Shown here: positions 28,380-40,878 of the stretch, piece by piece
Layout of the letters: each line of letters starts with the position of its first letter
Numbering within the stretch: the stretch's first letter is position 1
Assembly: GCA_951406725.2 (NCBI GenBank)
Contig: OX597833.1
Location: 45,012,001-45,076,000 of the forward strand
Reading direction: 5' to 3'
DNA length: 64,000 nucleotides
Source of the DNA: Octopus vulgaris
Taxonomy: Eukaryota
Made by a program: the position numbers and the translations under genes
Notes under the pieces: generated by a model
Databases searched by the model: none
Told to the model about the DNA's origin: nothing
Seen by the model: the letters and a program-made list of their open reading frames with translations, nothing else

Positions 28380-30241
28380 ATAAGGACCTTAGAGAATTTC
28401 TTAAGGACTTTTATAATTTGAGCATCTTTTTTGAGAATAATCCTAAAGTGGCAAATTTCCTGGATGTCACTCTCGACCTGAATACCAGCTTGCACTACCC
28501 CTTCCGAAAACCAAACCAAACTTTCCAATATATCAATGTTTCCTCAAATCATCCCAAATCAACCATCAATAGCATCGTAACTGCAATTTCTATCAGAATC
28601 TCAAACCTATCGGCGAATGAAAACATCTTTAATCAACACGCTCCAATATACAACAATGCCTTGAAATTGAGTGGGTTCACAAATAACATTGAATACATAC
28701 CTGATACCAAATTAAAAATTAAATTGGCCAGCATGGTCAGTGACGATATGAAACGGATTTCGGATGGCAGAGGCTCCCCACATAGTTCCCAAGGAGCTAG
28801 CAACAAGCTAATAATGACCAATATTTGTGCTGATAAAAGAAGCTTTGGAAATAGGAAAAATGAATGCGATGTGGTTGGTCTTGTAAATGGTAACCACGTT
28901 AATAAGGCTAATAATGAGATTTGTAAGGATGAAAATACCATGGACGATAACGGTAATGGGAGGGAAGGGGTTACAAAAAATATGAATCATAAATGTGAAC
29001 TAAGGTGTAAAGTTAGGTTTAGGTCTAATGAAGGTGGTAATAGAAATAAGAATAATACTAGTAGTAATAGAGATATGAATATTAGTAATAGATACAGGAG
29101 TGCCCTTACATTTAGTACATCAAGCCGAGCAACATATTGTAATCCCACTATTAATACTAAGCCTAGGATTCATCAAGTTACTTGGTTTGCCCCTCCCTTT
29201 TCATTAAGGGTGAAAGGTTTACCAAAGCTATTTTTTAAGTTATTGAAGGAAAATTTCCGAAAACACCATAAGTATTATTCAATATGTAACAAGTCAACAA
29301 TCAAGCTGGCCTACTCAGTCACTCCCAATGTCGGATCTATTATTGCTTCGTTGAACAGAAGTAAAATAAGGCGCTATAATGATAGAAATGATGACAGAAG
29401 CTTTAATGGAAAATTCATTAAAGACATAGAAGAGGGTATTAATATTAATAGTACGTCTTCTGAAATCGATTGTGAAGGGCGTGTTGGGGTGACAAATAAT
29501 GTAAATAGTAGAGATAATCATAATACTGATGTCGGTGATGATATTAGTGTTTATAATGATTATCAGGGTGGTAATGATGGTGTTAATAGTAGTGGAAATG
29601 GTAATAAAAATATTAGTAAAAATAAAAATGAAAATAAGAAGAATGGTAATAGTAGGAATAATAATAGAATAATTATACCAGAAAATAGTACGAACGATGG
29701 TGTAGATGATATGGTGGACCCTAGTACTGGGAGTGCGCACGGTTTTGGAGTTATCAATAATACAAGACCCCATAGCAGGTTGAAGAAATCTAATTTTAGG
29801 GACCCAACTGAATGTCTGATTAGCGGAAATTGTCACCAGGAAAATGTGGTTTATAAATGTAGTGTTGAGGCTCAAGGAGGCCAGAGAAAAATATATATCA
29901 GAAGCACAGTAGACTTTAAGCAGAGGTATCGATCCCACCTGGGCTCCTTCAACAATCCTAAATATAGGACCTCTACAACACTGGCATTACATATTAACGA
30001 CCTCAAGAAAAGGAATGTTGAATTTAAAATATCATGGGCTATCCTTGCGCATGCCTACCCTTATAGAATTGGGTCCACTAGATGCAGTTTATGCATAAGG
30101 GAGGCATACACTATATTGAAAAATTACAACAACGCAGTATTAAATAAGTTCACTGATGCAATACCGGCGTGTATGCATAAGATCCACTCAACGTTCTATA
30201 GGAAATTTAGAAATAGGAAAAGCAATAAAAGTTTGAGCTAA
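28380..30241 (+). mobile_element. 5'-truncated Penelope-like (Naiad-type) ORF: RT thumb/CTE plus C-terminal GIY-YIG endonuclease, frame still open
   Basis: NFLDVTLDL...SSNHP...YNNALKLSGF; WFAPPFS; CLISGNCHQENVVYKC...IYIRST..FKQRY..H..SF...CSLCIRE...LNK...CMH. Confidence 0.88.
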
Positions 30242-30454
30242 GCAATAACAAATGAATTAAGTTTAGTAAATATAGTGAGTGGTAAACGAGATTTAACTAA
30301 AGTAATGTAATTATTAAAAAATAGCTAGGAAATTTAGAAGTAGAAATAGCAATAAAAGTTAGAGCTAACCAATAACAAGTGAATTAAGTTTAGTAAGTAT
30401 AGTGAGTGGAAAACGAGATAAAACTAAAGTAATGTGATTATATGAAAAATAGCT
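30199..30454 (+). repeat. Two-copy ~127-bp tandem repeat spanning the PLE stop codon
   Basis: taggaaatttagaa...agcaataaaagtt..agcta...aaaatagct at 30199 and again at 30326. Confidence 0.8.
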
Positions 30455-30744
30455 GTTAGTCGAGGATTCGAACCTGAGTATGTGGCTTTGCATGTATGGG
30501 AGAATTTATAAAATTGGAATAAAATAAAATAAAATTAATTAAGTGCTGAAGTGAAATGGGCCAGACGGCGCTGCATGCATACAATTTCCTATGGCAACTG
30601 TATCGAATGGTTTGCGTATAAAGTTCCATTCAGGATCGACATAAAAAATTTTCTGGGAGTACGTAAGTATGGTGTCCTGAGAATGGCCGGTATGTGACTA
30701 TGTATTTGTGTGTTTGTTCATGTTTTATATGTGTTGTATAGGAC

Positions 30745-30835
30745 ATCCTGACGAGGGGAGTGCCAATTTTAAGTACTATTTTAAGTACTGATATGTCAAG
30801 TATTGATTGGCACATCCCCGAAACTGCTTGTAGAT
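30745..30835 (+). ncRNA. Hammerhead ribozyme motif in the PLE 3' pLTR
   Basis: atc-CTGACGA-gggga gtgccaat...attggcac atcccc-GAAAC-tgctt-GTA-gat; intact core and well-paired extended stem II. Confidence 0.8.
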
Positions 30836-31414
30836 AATGGACTTCTGTATATCTTATATTTTTGTAAGCTTGTATGTGTATTATATTTTGTGTACTATTC
30901 GCCGGAATTTTACTCGTGTCTTGATATGCTATATTTTTATATTATCACTATATTTATTCCTCTTATTCTAACAGTTTTAAGCGTGTTATATGCAAAATTT
31001 ATATTTATATTTATTTGTATATTTATATTTGTATTTATATTTGTATTTATATTTGTATTTATATTTTTATTTGTATATGATACTTATATATTACTGAATT
31101 TTTAAATTTCTAATATGTCGGACTGTATAGATATAAACTAGTATATAAGATTTGCATGTGTTTGGTCTATCTTTGAATTTTATGGTGTTCCTGTGGGTGT
31201 TGCTCCTATTGCCTCCCCTTGGATAAAAAAGTGTATATATATATATATATATATATACAGATATAAACACGCACACACATATATACTCACATATATATGC
31301 ATATGTAGATACTTATACAAAAACATGTTTGTTAATTCTGTTAATTGACAAGGTAGAAAGTGGGTGGGAAAGCTGAGAGATGGAGCAAAGACAAAAGTAG
31401 AAGAAAGGAGCTAA

Positions 31415-31620
31415 TCAATGTATCATAATCTTTTTCTTAATATGTTGCCTACACATATGACATTTATCAAGTACTTCACCACATTTTTTACAAGTGGTAT
31501 GGCCACAATCAAAGACCATATCCCAACGATGCTCCATACATATTGTACATATCAGTTCATCACTGAGTTGTTTGTTTTTGAACTCCTGAGGTGGATTTAC
31601 TGTTTTAAATTCAGACCCAT
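31415..31620 (-). CDS. MIB2-like E3 ligase, last exon (C-terminal RING, stop TGA at 31417-31415)
   Basis: tttcAG acceptor; DGSEFKTVNPPQEFKNKQLSDELICTICMEHRWDMVFDCGHTTCKKCGEVLDKCHMCRQHIKKKIMIH*; phase 1 matches the previous exon. Confidence 0.88.
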
Positions 31621-31824
31621 CTGAAATGATAAATATACAAATTTTACATTATGATATTAATCAGAGGCACATCTAAAGCAATAAATATTCAATTATAACA
31701 CACTATAATATTAATCTGTAACCCATCTGAATTGATAAATAAACAATTTTATGCCAGAATATTTAGTTAAAAAATTAAGAAAATGTGTAATTTGAGAGAA
31801 AATTGCAGTTAAGAAATCCTCATC

Positions 31825-34025
31825 ATTATCATCACCATTTAACATCCACTTTCCATGCTGGCATGGGTTGGACGGTTTGACATGGAGCTGGCTAGCAGGG
31901 AGCTGTCCTGATTCCAACTCTGTTGTGGCATGGTTTCTATGGCTGGAATCACTTCCTCATACCAACCACTTAAAAGAGTGTGCTGGGTGCCTTTTACGTG
32001 CCACCAGCATGGGTGCAATTACACAGCACTGGCACAGGGGCATTAACACTGCACCAGGCACAGGTGCTTTTAAGTGACACTGGTAACTAAAACGACAAGC
32101 CTGTATGTGTGGGAGATAGCAATTTTACTTAGCTTGACATATCTCATCAAGTACAGCAAATCACCACATCTCCCAGTCCCTTGTCATTTTCTCAGTGAGG
32201 TCCAACATCTGAACATCCTTTCTCAACACTTTGTCCCACGTCTTCCTGGGTCCACTCCTTCCACAGGTACCCTCCACAATTAGAGCTTGGCACTTCTTTA
32301 TGCAGCTATCCTCATCCATATGCATCACATGACCAAACCAGCACAGTCTTCTCTCTTGCACACAACATCTGATGCCTCTTAGACCCAATTTTCCTCTTAA
32401 ATCATTTACACTCTGTCATGCATGTACACTAATATTATCTTTCCAGCAGAACATGCTAGCTTCATTTCTTTCAAACCTTTGCAAGTCCCCTGTAGTCAAA
32501 TCCCATGTAATATAGCTGTATGTACACAGGCAATATGTCTTTCACTCTGAGAGAACAGTCTTTAGTTAACAACAAAGGTAGAAGCTCTCTGAGCTTTGCC
32601 CAGCCCATTCTTATAGCAACTACTCTTTCAGAACTTCCTCCACCTCTCCTAACTTGGTCTCCTAGGTTACAGAAGCTATCTACTACTTCTAAGGATCCCA
32701 CCAATCATTTGAGAAAGTCTATTGTCTGCACATTTTTCGTGCTTATTGTACCTGCACATTTGCCACACACAAAAACTATAATCTCCATTAATCTTCCTGT
32801 GATACTGCTACAACTTTTATGTGTCCAAAGCTTGCACTGGGTACAATGTATGGAGTTTCAATCAACACCCATCTTATATATTGGCAGGGCCATCTCCCAA
32901 AAGGGATTTGTGATTTGTCTGTTTACTTACTTAGTAGGACATTGATTTTTGCTAAATTAACCCTAAGGCCCTTAGATTCCATATCTTGTTTTCACATCTG
33001 AAATTTCTTCTCTAGGTCAGGTAGTGATTCAGCTACAAGAACAAGGTCATCAGTATAGAGGAGCTCCCAGATAAATAGGATGGGGCTGAGGACTGAGCAT
33101 TGGTGAACTCCTACTTGTGCTCTAAATTCATCCCTGTACATGGCTTGTACCACTCTTACTAACCACTCATCTATTCCTAGCTTCTGCATTGACCACCAGA
33201 TAAGGGAGCAGGGGACTCTGTCAAAGGCTTTCTCCATACTGACAAAAGCCAGATACAGAGGTTTATTTTTGGCAAAGTACTTCTCCTGCAGTTGCCTAAC
33301 CAGGAATACAGCATCAGTCATGCTCCTGCCTGACACAAATCCAAACTGCATCTCATCTACACTTTCTTCCTAATTAATTGAGCTATGACCCTTTCTGTGT
33401 CTTTCATCACCTGGTCCAGCAATTTGATATGTCTGTAATTATTACTGTCTAAGGCATCACTTTTGCCTTTAAATAGCATGACTCCTTCATGGGCCATTAA
33501 CTATACAGATAACTTGGCTATATCCTACTCTGGCAGATGGTGATACCTGATGGGCCAGGTACCCTACTTGTTTTCATATCATTAATTGCTTTATCTACCA
33601 AGCTACTGTCAATTCGATAACTGAACACCTCAGTTGGGTCTACAGTTAGCAAACTCTCCTCCTATTCATTTTCTCCATTTAGCAGCCTTTCATAATGGCA
33701 TTTCCAAGCCTCTTTCTTCGCAGAATCATTAAATTGCAAGTGAACCATTATCCATGCAGACACATTTCTCTCCTATGACATCATGATTTTCTCTCACACA
33801 CAGTCTTGCAATTCGAAACATTTCAAGTCTCTTCTCCTCATGTCACAGATCATTAGCAAACTTTTTCTTTTCTGCTTCTCCCCTGGCTAAATATACTTGT
33901 CTCCTAGCTTCCCTTCTAGCTATCAGATACAGTTCCCTGCTACCACCACATTTCCAGTCCTTCCAGGTCTGTTTCTTTTCTCTAATGGCCCTGATAACTA
34001 CACTGTTCTACCACCATGTTGCCTT
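31825..34025 (-). mobile_element. Older degenerate RTE LINE (RT fragments plus 3' UTR)
   Basis: QFGFVSGR...LQEKY...EKAFDRV, YTDDL, RRLCWFGHV...RKTW fragments; homologous to 36445-38260. Confidence 0.9.
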
Positions 34026-34236
34026 CTATAGTAAAGTTAGATATATCAATGTATTAGTATTTTAAGACATTTTTCATAATTAGATTGGTGTTACAAAAGG
34101 CACAAACCATGCCAAATCAGATTGGAACCTTATTATAACCTTATATATAACCTTATTAGTTTTTTGATTACGTCAAATTATATCCATAATACTTGAGATG
34201 TAAACTATGGACTAACATCCAAGATGTTTATATATA

Positions 34237-35177
34237 TATGAGGCCATTAAGAATGAAATGTTTGATTTCGAACTGAAAGTTTATTTTACTTTATCTCAAC
34301 AAAAAGCAATGCAGCTAATCAAAGTATGCACGTAAATTATTAACACAATTTTGCCATTTTATCGGCAGCTTATTTATGCTGGCAGTGAAGAATTCTGGAG
34401 AGCAAGAGGTGATGAAACATGAAAGGCTGTTTTTGCGTCTTCTTCAGATTTAAAAAGTTTTCTTTGCAAGAAGTTGTCTAATGCCTGGAAAACATAATAG
34501 TCAGTTGGTGCAAGGTCTGGTAAATATCACATGTAACAATACATTACAAAAATGGTTCACTTTTATGTCATGACAGCAAAGAGCATCAAGTTTCAAGACA
34601 ATGTATAATTCGATGCTCTTTCAGTTTGTGTGGTACTCACTTGTCCAGTTCCTTTGCCTTGCTGATTTGTTTCAGATGGTCCAATACAGTTGGAATCAAA
34701 AAATCAAATCTTGCTTCTAACTCAGGCATAGTTTGAGATGTATCCACTTCTACTACAGTTTCCAGCTCATCATTATCCACCTTGGTGTCAGGTCTACCAA
34801 GGGGCTGATTTTCAAGAGTAAATTCACCAGACTGGAACATCTCAAACCATCGACGTACAGTGCGCTCATTCACCACATCTTCACCAAATACCTCATTGAT
34901 GTTTCAAGCTGCCTGGAATGTATTGGTTCCATTTGGATGCATTGGAACTCATAAACAACATGAACTTTTGATCTATCCATGGGTTCACAAAAATTGATTT
35001 ACAAGAGAAAACTCACAATATAATCAGACACCATTTCAGAAAGTGATGATGTAACTCTTTTCAAGTTACATCATCAATGTTATAAAACAAAGAATTGTTA
35101 GGATAAAACATTAGAGTTAATGACTGTTAAACTCAGTGCATAAGAGAATCAGACATTTCATTCTTAATGACCTGATA
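34237..35177 (-). mobile_element. Internally deleted mariner element
   Basis: TIRs tatgaggccattaagaatgaaatgt / acatttcattcttaatgacctgata; transposase HTH fragment VNERTVRRWF...F.LENQPLGRP. Confidence 0.82.
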
Positions 35178-35190
35178 GTATGTTTGTAAG

Positions 35191-35572
35191 TGGAGGCACA
35201 ATGGCCCAGTGGTTAGGGCCATGGACTCGCAGTCTTAGGATCGCAGTTTCGATTCCCAAACCAGGTATTGTGAGTGTTTATTGAGCAAAAACACCTAAAG
35301 CTCCACAAGGCTCCAGTAGGGGGTGGTGGTGAACCCTGCTGTACTCTTTCACCACAACATTCTCTCACTCTTTCTTCTTGTTTCTGTTGTACCTGTATTT
35401 CAAAGGGCCAGCCTTGTCACATTCTGTGTCACGCTAAATCTCCCCAAGAACTACGTTAAGGGTACACATGTCTGTGGAGTGCTCAGCCACTTGCACGTTA
35501 ATTTCACGAGCAGGCTGTTCTGTGGATTGGATCAACTGGAACACTCGTCGTCATAACCGATGGAGTGCCAAC
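35191..35572 (+). mobile_element. tRNA-derived SINE, family B
   Basis: Head tggcccagtggttaggg...gtttcgattcc; related copies at 49985-50349 (minus) and 54077-54260. Confidence 0.8.
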
Positions 35573-35864
35573 CATGTTTGTAAACATTAAATGGTTACAT
35601 TCACTTAATAAATAATTAATTTTAATGGATACTATATCAGTTTTGATAATTAGTATACCAGTTCAATCAACTGCATTGAATTATAGTATTAAGCAGCTGC
35701 ATATTGCAAAAGCACTAGTATCCTTAATGTAATCCTTAGGGAGACTCAGTATGATAATATATGTAAGTGCATGAGTCTTCCAGAGTCACTTGCATCATTA
35801 ATAAAATCTTCAGGCAGAATTAGTGTGGTGCAGTGTAATATGTATCAAAGCTAATTCTCTGAAT

Positions 35865-36040
35865 TACAGTCCTTCTGATGGACTTCTATCCAATTTTCTG
35901 TCAACAAAATTCTATTCACAAGGATTGAGTTAATCGAAGGCTCTGACTGAAGATATCTGTCCAAGGAACTGCACAGTCGGACTGGATTTGGGACCTCATG
36001 ATTGGGAAGTAAATTTCATAACCATTTAGCCATGTCAGCA
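35865..36040 (-). mobile_element. Old family A SINE head remnant
   Basis: Diverged match to 21780-21950. Confidence 0.55.
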
Positions 36041-36339
36041 CTTACACACACACAACATTGATAACAACAGCAGCAGCAATTTAGGTTTCATTAGAAGGTT
36101 GGGGAAGGAACAAGGTTTCTGAACGTTGTGATTGCTGACTTTTCAAATATAAATGATGTGGTTCAACTCCAGGTCAATGGATAAGGTTTGAATACTCAAC
36201 AGTTTTGAACATATAGTTGTTTAGGGACAATGGCAATAGATTTTTAAATTCTTCCTTCTTTACAAATTTGGTTTTAATATCTAATTTTTGACTTCACCAA
36301 CACTATTTCAAATGTATCTATAGTAGAAGATACATACAG

Positions 36340-36420
36340 CGGCACATTGGGCAAATGACTTCTACTATAGCCTTGTGAGTGAATTTGGTAGACAGAAACT
36401 TGAAAGAAGCCCATCATATG
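36340..36420 (+). mobile_element. Family A SINE 5' piece (continues at 39320-39450 and 39665-39763)
   Basis: ttgggcaaatgacttctactatagcc...ttggtagacagaaacttgaaagaagcc matches 11690-11775. Confidence 0.7.
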
Positions 36421-36444
36421 TATATATATATATATATATATATA

Positions 36445-38260
36445 TCCCGATCCCTCATCTGGTGGTCAATGAGGAAACTAGGGATAGATGAATGGCTGGT
36501 GAGGGCTGTGCAAGCCATGTACAGAGATGCCGTAAGTAAGGTTAGAGTTGGCAGCATGTACACAGAAGAATTCAAGGTAGAGGTTGGGGTCCACCAGGGT
36601 TCAGTACTCAGCCCCTCCTATTTATCATAGTCCTCCAGGCAATTGTGGAGGAATTCAAGACAGGTTGCCCCTGGGAGCTCCTCTATGCTGATGACCTCGC
36701 TCTAATCGCTGAGTCACTATCAGAACTGGAGGAGAAGTTCCAGGTGTGGAAGGAGGGTTTAGAATCGAGGGGCCTTAGAGTCAACCTAGCTAAAACCAAA
36801 GTACTAATAAGTAGAAAGTTAGAAAATCCACAAATATCCTCAGGAAGATGGCCCTGCTCGATCTGTAGAAAAGGTGTAGGTAGAAACTCTATAAGATGTA
36901 CCCAGTGTAAGCTATGGACACATAAGAGGTGCAGCAATGTCAAAGGTAGGCTAACTGGGAAGATAGTTTTTGTATGTGGCAGATGCTCTGGAGCATTGAC
37001 CTCCGAAAATCTGCAGAAAACAACTTCCGTCACTTTCCGGGGGAAAAACTAGAAGTAGTTGATAGCTTTCGCTATCTAGGTGACCAAGTCAGTAGTGGGG
37101 GCGGGTGCGCTGAAAGTGTAACTGCTAGAATAAGAATAGCCTGGGCAAAGTTTAGGGAGCTCTTACCTCTGCTGGTGACTAAAGGCCTCTCGCTCAGAGT
37201 AAAAGGCAGACTGTATGATGCATGTGTACGAACAGCTATGCTACATGGCAGTGAAACATGGGCCGTGACTGCTGAGGACATGCGTAAGCTTGTGAGGAAC
37301 GAAGCCAGTATGCTCCGATGGATGTGTAATGTCAGTGTACTTACTCGACAGAGCGTTAGTACCTTGAGAGAAATGTTGTACCTAAGAAGCATCAGTTGTT
37401 GTGTGCAAGAGAGACGATTGCGCTGGTATGGTCATGTGGCGAGAATGGATGAAGATAGGTGTGTGAGAAAGTGCCAATCCCTAGCAGTTGAGGGAACCCG
37501 TGGAAGAGGTAGACCCAGGAAAACCTGGGACGAAGTGGTGAAGCACGACCTTCGGACGTTAGGTCTCACCATGGAAATGACTAGAGACCGAGACCTATGG
37601 AAGTATGCTGTGCGTGAGAAGACCCGGCAAGACTAGTGAAGCCATAATCCGTGGCCCCTACCTGGGACGTAGTCAGTCCACCTGTGCATACCTTCCTTCT
37701 TGTGACACTTGTGAAGACCTGTTGAGGCAAGTGAGAATCGAATCGAATCAAATCAAATCAAATCGAACCAAATCAAAATAGATGAACATCAATGGAATTT
37801 GTATCCTTGTGGTACCAGTGCCGGTGGCACATAAGAAAACCATCCGAACGTGATCGTAGCCAGTACCGCAACGACTGGCCTCCGTGCTGAGGGCACGTAA
37901 CAAACACCATCCGAGCGTGGCCGTCCGCCAGCCCCGTCTGGCACCTGTGTCGGTGACACATAAGAAAACACCATCCGAGCGTGGCCGTCAGCCAGCCTCG
38001 TCTGGCACCTGTGTCGGTGGCACATAAAAAACACCATCCGAGCGTGGCCGTCTGCCAGCCTCGTCTGGCACCTGTGTCGGTGGCACATAAAATCACCCCC
38101 TACACTCTCGGAGTGGTTGGCGTTAGGAAGGGCATCCAGCTGTAGAAACACTGCCAGATCTGACTGGCCTGGTGCAGCCTTCGGGCTTGCCAGACCCCAG
38201 TTGAACCGTCCAACCCATGCTAGCATGGAAAGCGGACGTTAAACGATGATGATGATGATG
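36445..38260 (+). mobile_element. Younger 5'-truncated RTE LINE (RT C-terminal half, 3' UTR with ~58-bp tandem repeats, (GAT)n tail)
   Basis: GVHQGSVLSP, ELLYADDLALIA, FRYLG, RLRWYGHVARM...RGRGRPRKTW; two frameshifts; tail gatgatgatgatg. Confidence 0.93.
37850..38095 (+). repeat. About four copies of a ~58-bp minisatellite in the RTE 3' UTR
   Basis: Unit acaccatccgagcgtggccgtc.gccagcc.cgtctggcacctgtgtcggtg.cacataa. Confidence 0.85.
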
Positions 38261-38273
38261 ATATATATATATA

Positions 38274-39309
38274 CTAGCATTAAAGACCCATCGTTGCCGG
38301 GTCATAGTGCTAGTGCATGTATATATGTGTATATATATGTGTACATATTACATGTACATCTATATATATACATCTACACATAAAATACAAAATACAAAGT
38401 TATATCTTGATATCGCTAGTGATAACAATACTCAAAATATATAACAGACTGGAATTGTTAGCCCGTCACTTGTAATTTCGATCAATTGTATCTTGTCCTC
38501 CCTCTTGTATAGAAGTGTGGCTACAATCCAGCCTACCTCTACTTCTGGGGGGACATTTTTAATTTTTATCCGGGATATCCTATGTCCCAGATATAAAGGT
38601 AAAAATAAAATATTTCCACTTTACAAGTTCGAGTCGAGTACTCCCTTGCACGCTCTGTTGACTCGAACCTTGCTTCTATTGTGGCGAATTTACCGCCTCT
38701 GATTAGATACCTTTCATAGTCGCACCAAGACACTTTTCGAAGGTGCTTTCCTCCATGTATTCAAATCTTTTTTCTCTACATTGTATACTTTATAGACAAT
38801 AGTCTTTTCTTTAATTTAATTTTTTATTATCCATCTGGACTATTCCATTTCTGCACGCTAATTTTATTTTTAATTTATTCTCATTCATGTGAAACCACTT
38901 ATTCAAGTTCAAATCACTGATGCAAATTTATACCAATTGCTATTTTTACTTTTGTTATGTTACGATTATATTATACGTTAGTTTGATTTTAATTATTACT
39001 TACTACATATAATTCAATTATTATTATTATTTTTATTATTTAAGTGAAAGCATCTGACATAAAATAGAGAAATGTTTTTGTTTCACTTTTAACACGTAAT
39101 ACTGAAATAGTGGAGAAGATATGATATTGCTATGGGCTCGCTCTAGGCAAGAACTTGAACATTTGTTTTGCCCATGAAAGTACATGGACCCTAAGTAAGG
39201 CATGTGTAAAATTTGAATGGAATTGGTTGTGTAGTTCTCAAGTTTTAGGGAAACACACAGACAGACAGAGAGACAGACAGACACATTCTCAGTTTTATAT
39301 ATATAAAGA
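38274..39309 (-). mobile_element. Complete non-autonomous Helitron-like element
   Basis: Minus strand 5'-TCTTTATATATATAAAACTGAG...GACCCGGCAACGATGGGTC...CTAG-3', inserted between A and T; fragments at 5762-6290, 57008-57190 and 61930-62175. Confidence 0.82.
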
Positions 39310-39319
39310 TAGATATATA

Positions 39320-39763
39320 TGTGTGGGTGTGTGTGAGTTCTTTGTGTCTGTGTTTGTCCCCTTCCACTGCTTGACGACCAGTTTGGGTTTGTTTACAACC
39401 CTGTAACTTAGTGATTCAGCAAAAAAGGCTGATAGAATAAGTATTAGGTTTAACCCTTTGGGATTTACATGATTCTGTCAAATGTAATGCTTTTCATTCA
39501 CATTGCTTTGAATAAAGCTGCTTTATTTTGTAGCTTAGAGATTTTGATAATGTGATTGTATATTTTTAGAAGAATTGTGAGAGGCAGGATCTAGCCAGTT
39601 TGAACATAAAACAGGTAGAATATTTGGGCCTGATATATCCAATTTAAATGCTAAAACGTAAAAAAAAAGTACTGGGGTTGTTACATTTGACTAAAATTCT
39701 TCAAGGTGGTGCCCTAGCATGGCCACAGTCTAATGACAGAAACAAGTAAAAGATAAAAGATAA
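39320..39763 (+). mobile_element. Family A SINE 3' part, interrupted by piggyBac-like MITE (39450-39660)
   Basis: tgtgtttgtccc...gatagaataagta | MITE | gtactgggg...ggtggtgccctagcatggccacagtc...aagtaaaagataaaagata. Confidence 0.72.
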
Positions 39764-39974
39764 AATTTTTGATTTTACCAACACTATTTCAAATGTACCT
39801 TTGTGCAGGCTTTGGGAAATTATGTTTTTAGTTTCTATGTTATATAAAACCTTGTCTTACAGTTCATTAACACTTTTGATAATAATCTGCATGTGACTGC
39901 TTCTGGTTCAATAACTGCCAACTTTCAGATTTTAAGTAGTCTACATTAAAGCTTTCTTCCATCAAAGTTTCATC

Positions 39975-40227
39975 TTATCATCATCTTCATTTAGCGTCCG
40001 CTTTCCATGCTAGCATGGGTTGGACGGTTCAACTGGGGTCTGGGAGGCCAGAAGGCTGCACCAGGCCCAATCTGATCTGGCAGTGTTTCTACGGCTGGAT
40101 GCCCTTCCTAATGCCAACCACTCCGTGAGTGTAGTGGGTGCATTTTACGTACCAGACGGGGTTGGCAAACAGCAACGGTCGGATGGTGCTTTTTACGTGC
40201 CGCCGGCATGGGCACCAGGCGAGGCTG
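39975..40227 (-). mobile_element. RTE 3' UTR fragment
   Basis: Same sequence family as 1485-1858 and 62175-62475. Confidence 0.82.
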
Positions 40228-40729
40228 ATATAATTGATAACACTTACTACTACAGGAACAAGGCCTGAAATTTTGAGGGACAGGGCTAGTTGCTGAAGTG
40301 GTAAATATTTTATCAATCCTGAAAGGACGAAAGACAAAATTGACCTCAATGGAATTTGAACTCAGAACATAAAGACAGAAGAAATGCCACTAAGCATTTT
40401 GTCCAGTGTGCTAAAGATTTTGCCAGCTTGCTGCCTTAAACATCAGCTTAATAATGACAAAGTGATTTTACTAAATCCTTCATTACTTTCAAAATTTACT
40501 GAAACAGAGGCAGCGCATTTCAACAGAAGTGTTGTAACAAAACGATTAAAAATAACATACATTTTACATGTGAAATTCTGATAAGAACGTAATCAAGTAA
40601 GTTTATTACTCTTCCTGTTAGCAAAATCCAGAGAAATGATTGGATATAAAATATCCCATTTTGAATCAAAACAAACACATCAATCAACATCATCTAATGA
40701 GACAGATAAACCTTCAAATATCTACTTAC

Positions 40730-40878
40730 CAAACCTAGTTTTGCGAATCACAGTCTGTTTGCATTGACTACATTTTTTTATCTTTATATTAGAGCAACAT
40801 TCTTCACATATTATCCTATGTCGGCAGGGGTGGAATTTTATAGAAACTTGATTATCTCCACATACATAACACTCATAC
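40730..40878 (-). CDS. MIB2-like E3 ligase exon (first RING; 149 bp, phase 2 to 1)
   Basis: ttttacAG / GTAAGT; YECYVCGDNQVSIKFHPCRHRIICEECCSNIKIKKCSQCKQTVIRKTRF. Confidence 0.88.

Noticed and set aside
26992-28380. C/V-rich and H/T-rich ORFs, including the first ~16 codons of the 636-aa ORF
   Set aside because: Derived from the degenerate TG tract; PLE homology begins only near 28380.
28380-30700. Selenoprotein-type Naiad (in-frame TGA plus SECIS)
   Set aside because: The visible ORF has no in-frame TGA and ends in TAA; no convincing SECIS was seen.
37850-38095. CRISPR-like repeat array
   Set aside because: Units are contiguous tandem repeats with no unique spacers, inside a eukaryotic RTE UTR, with no cas genes.
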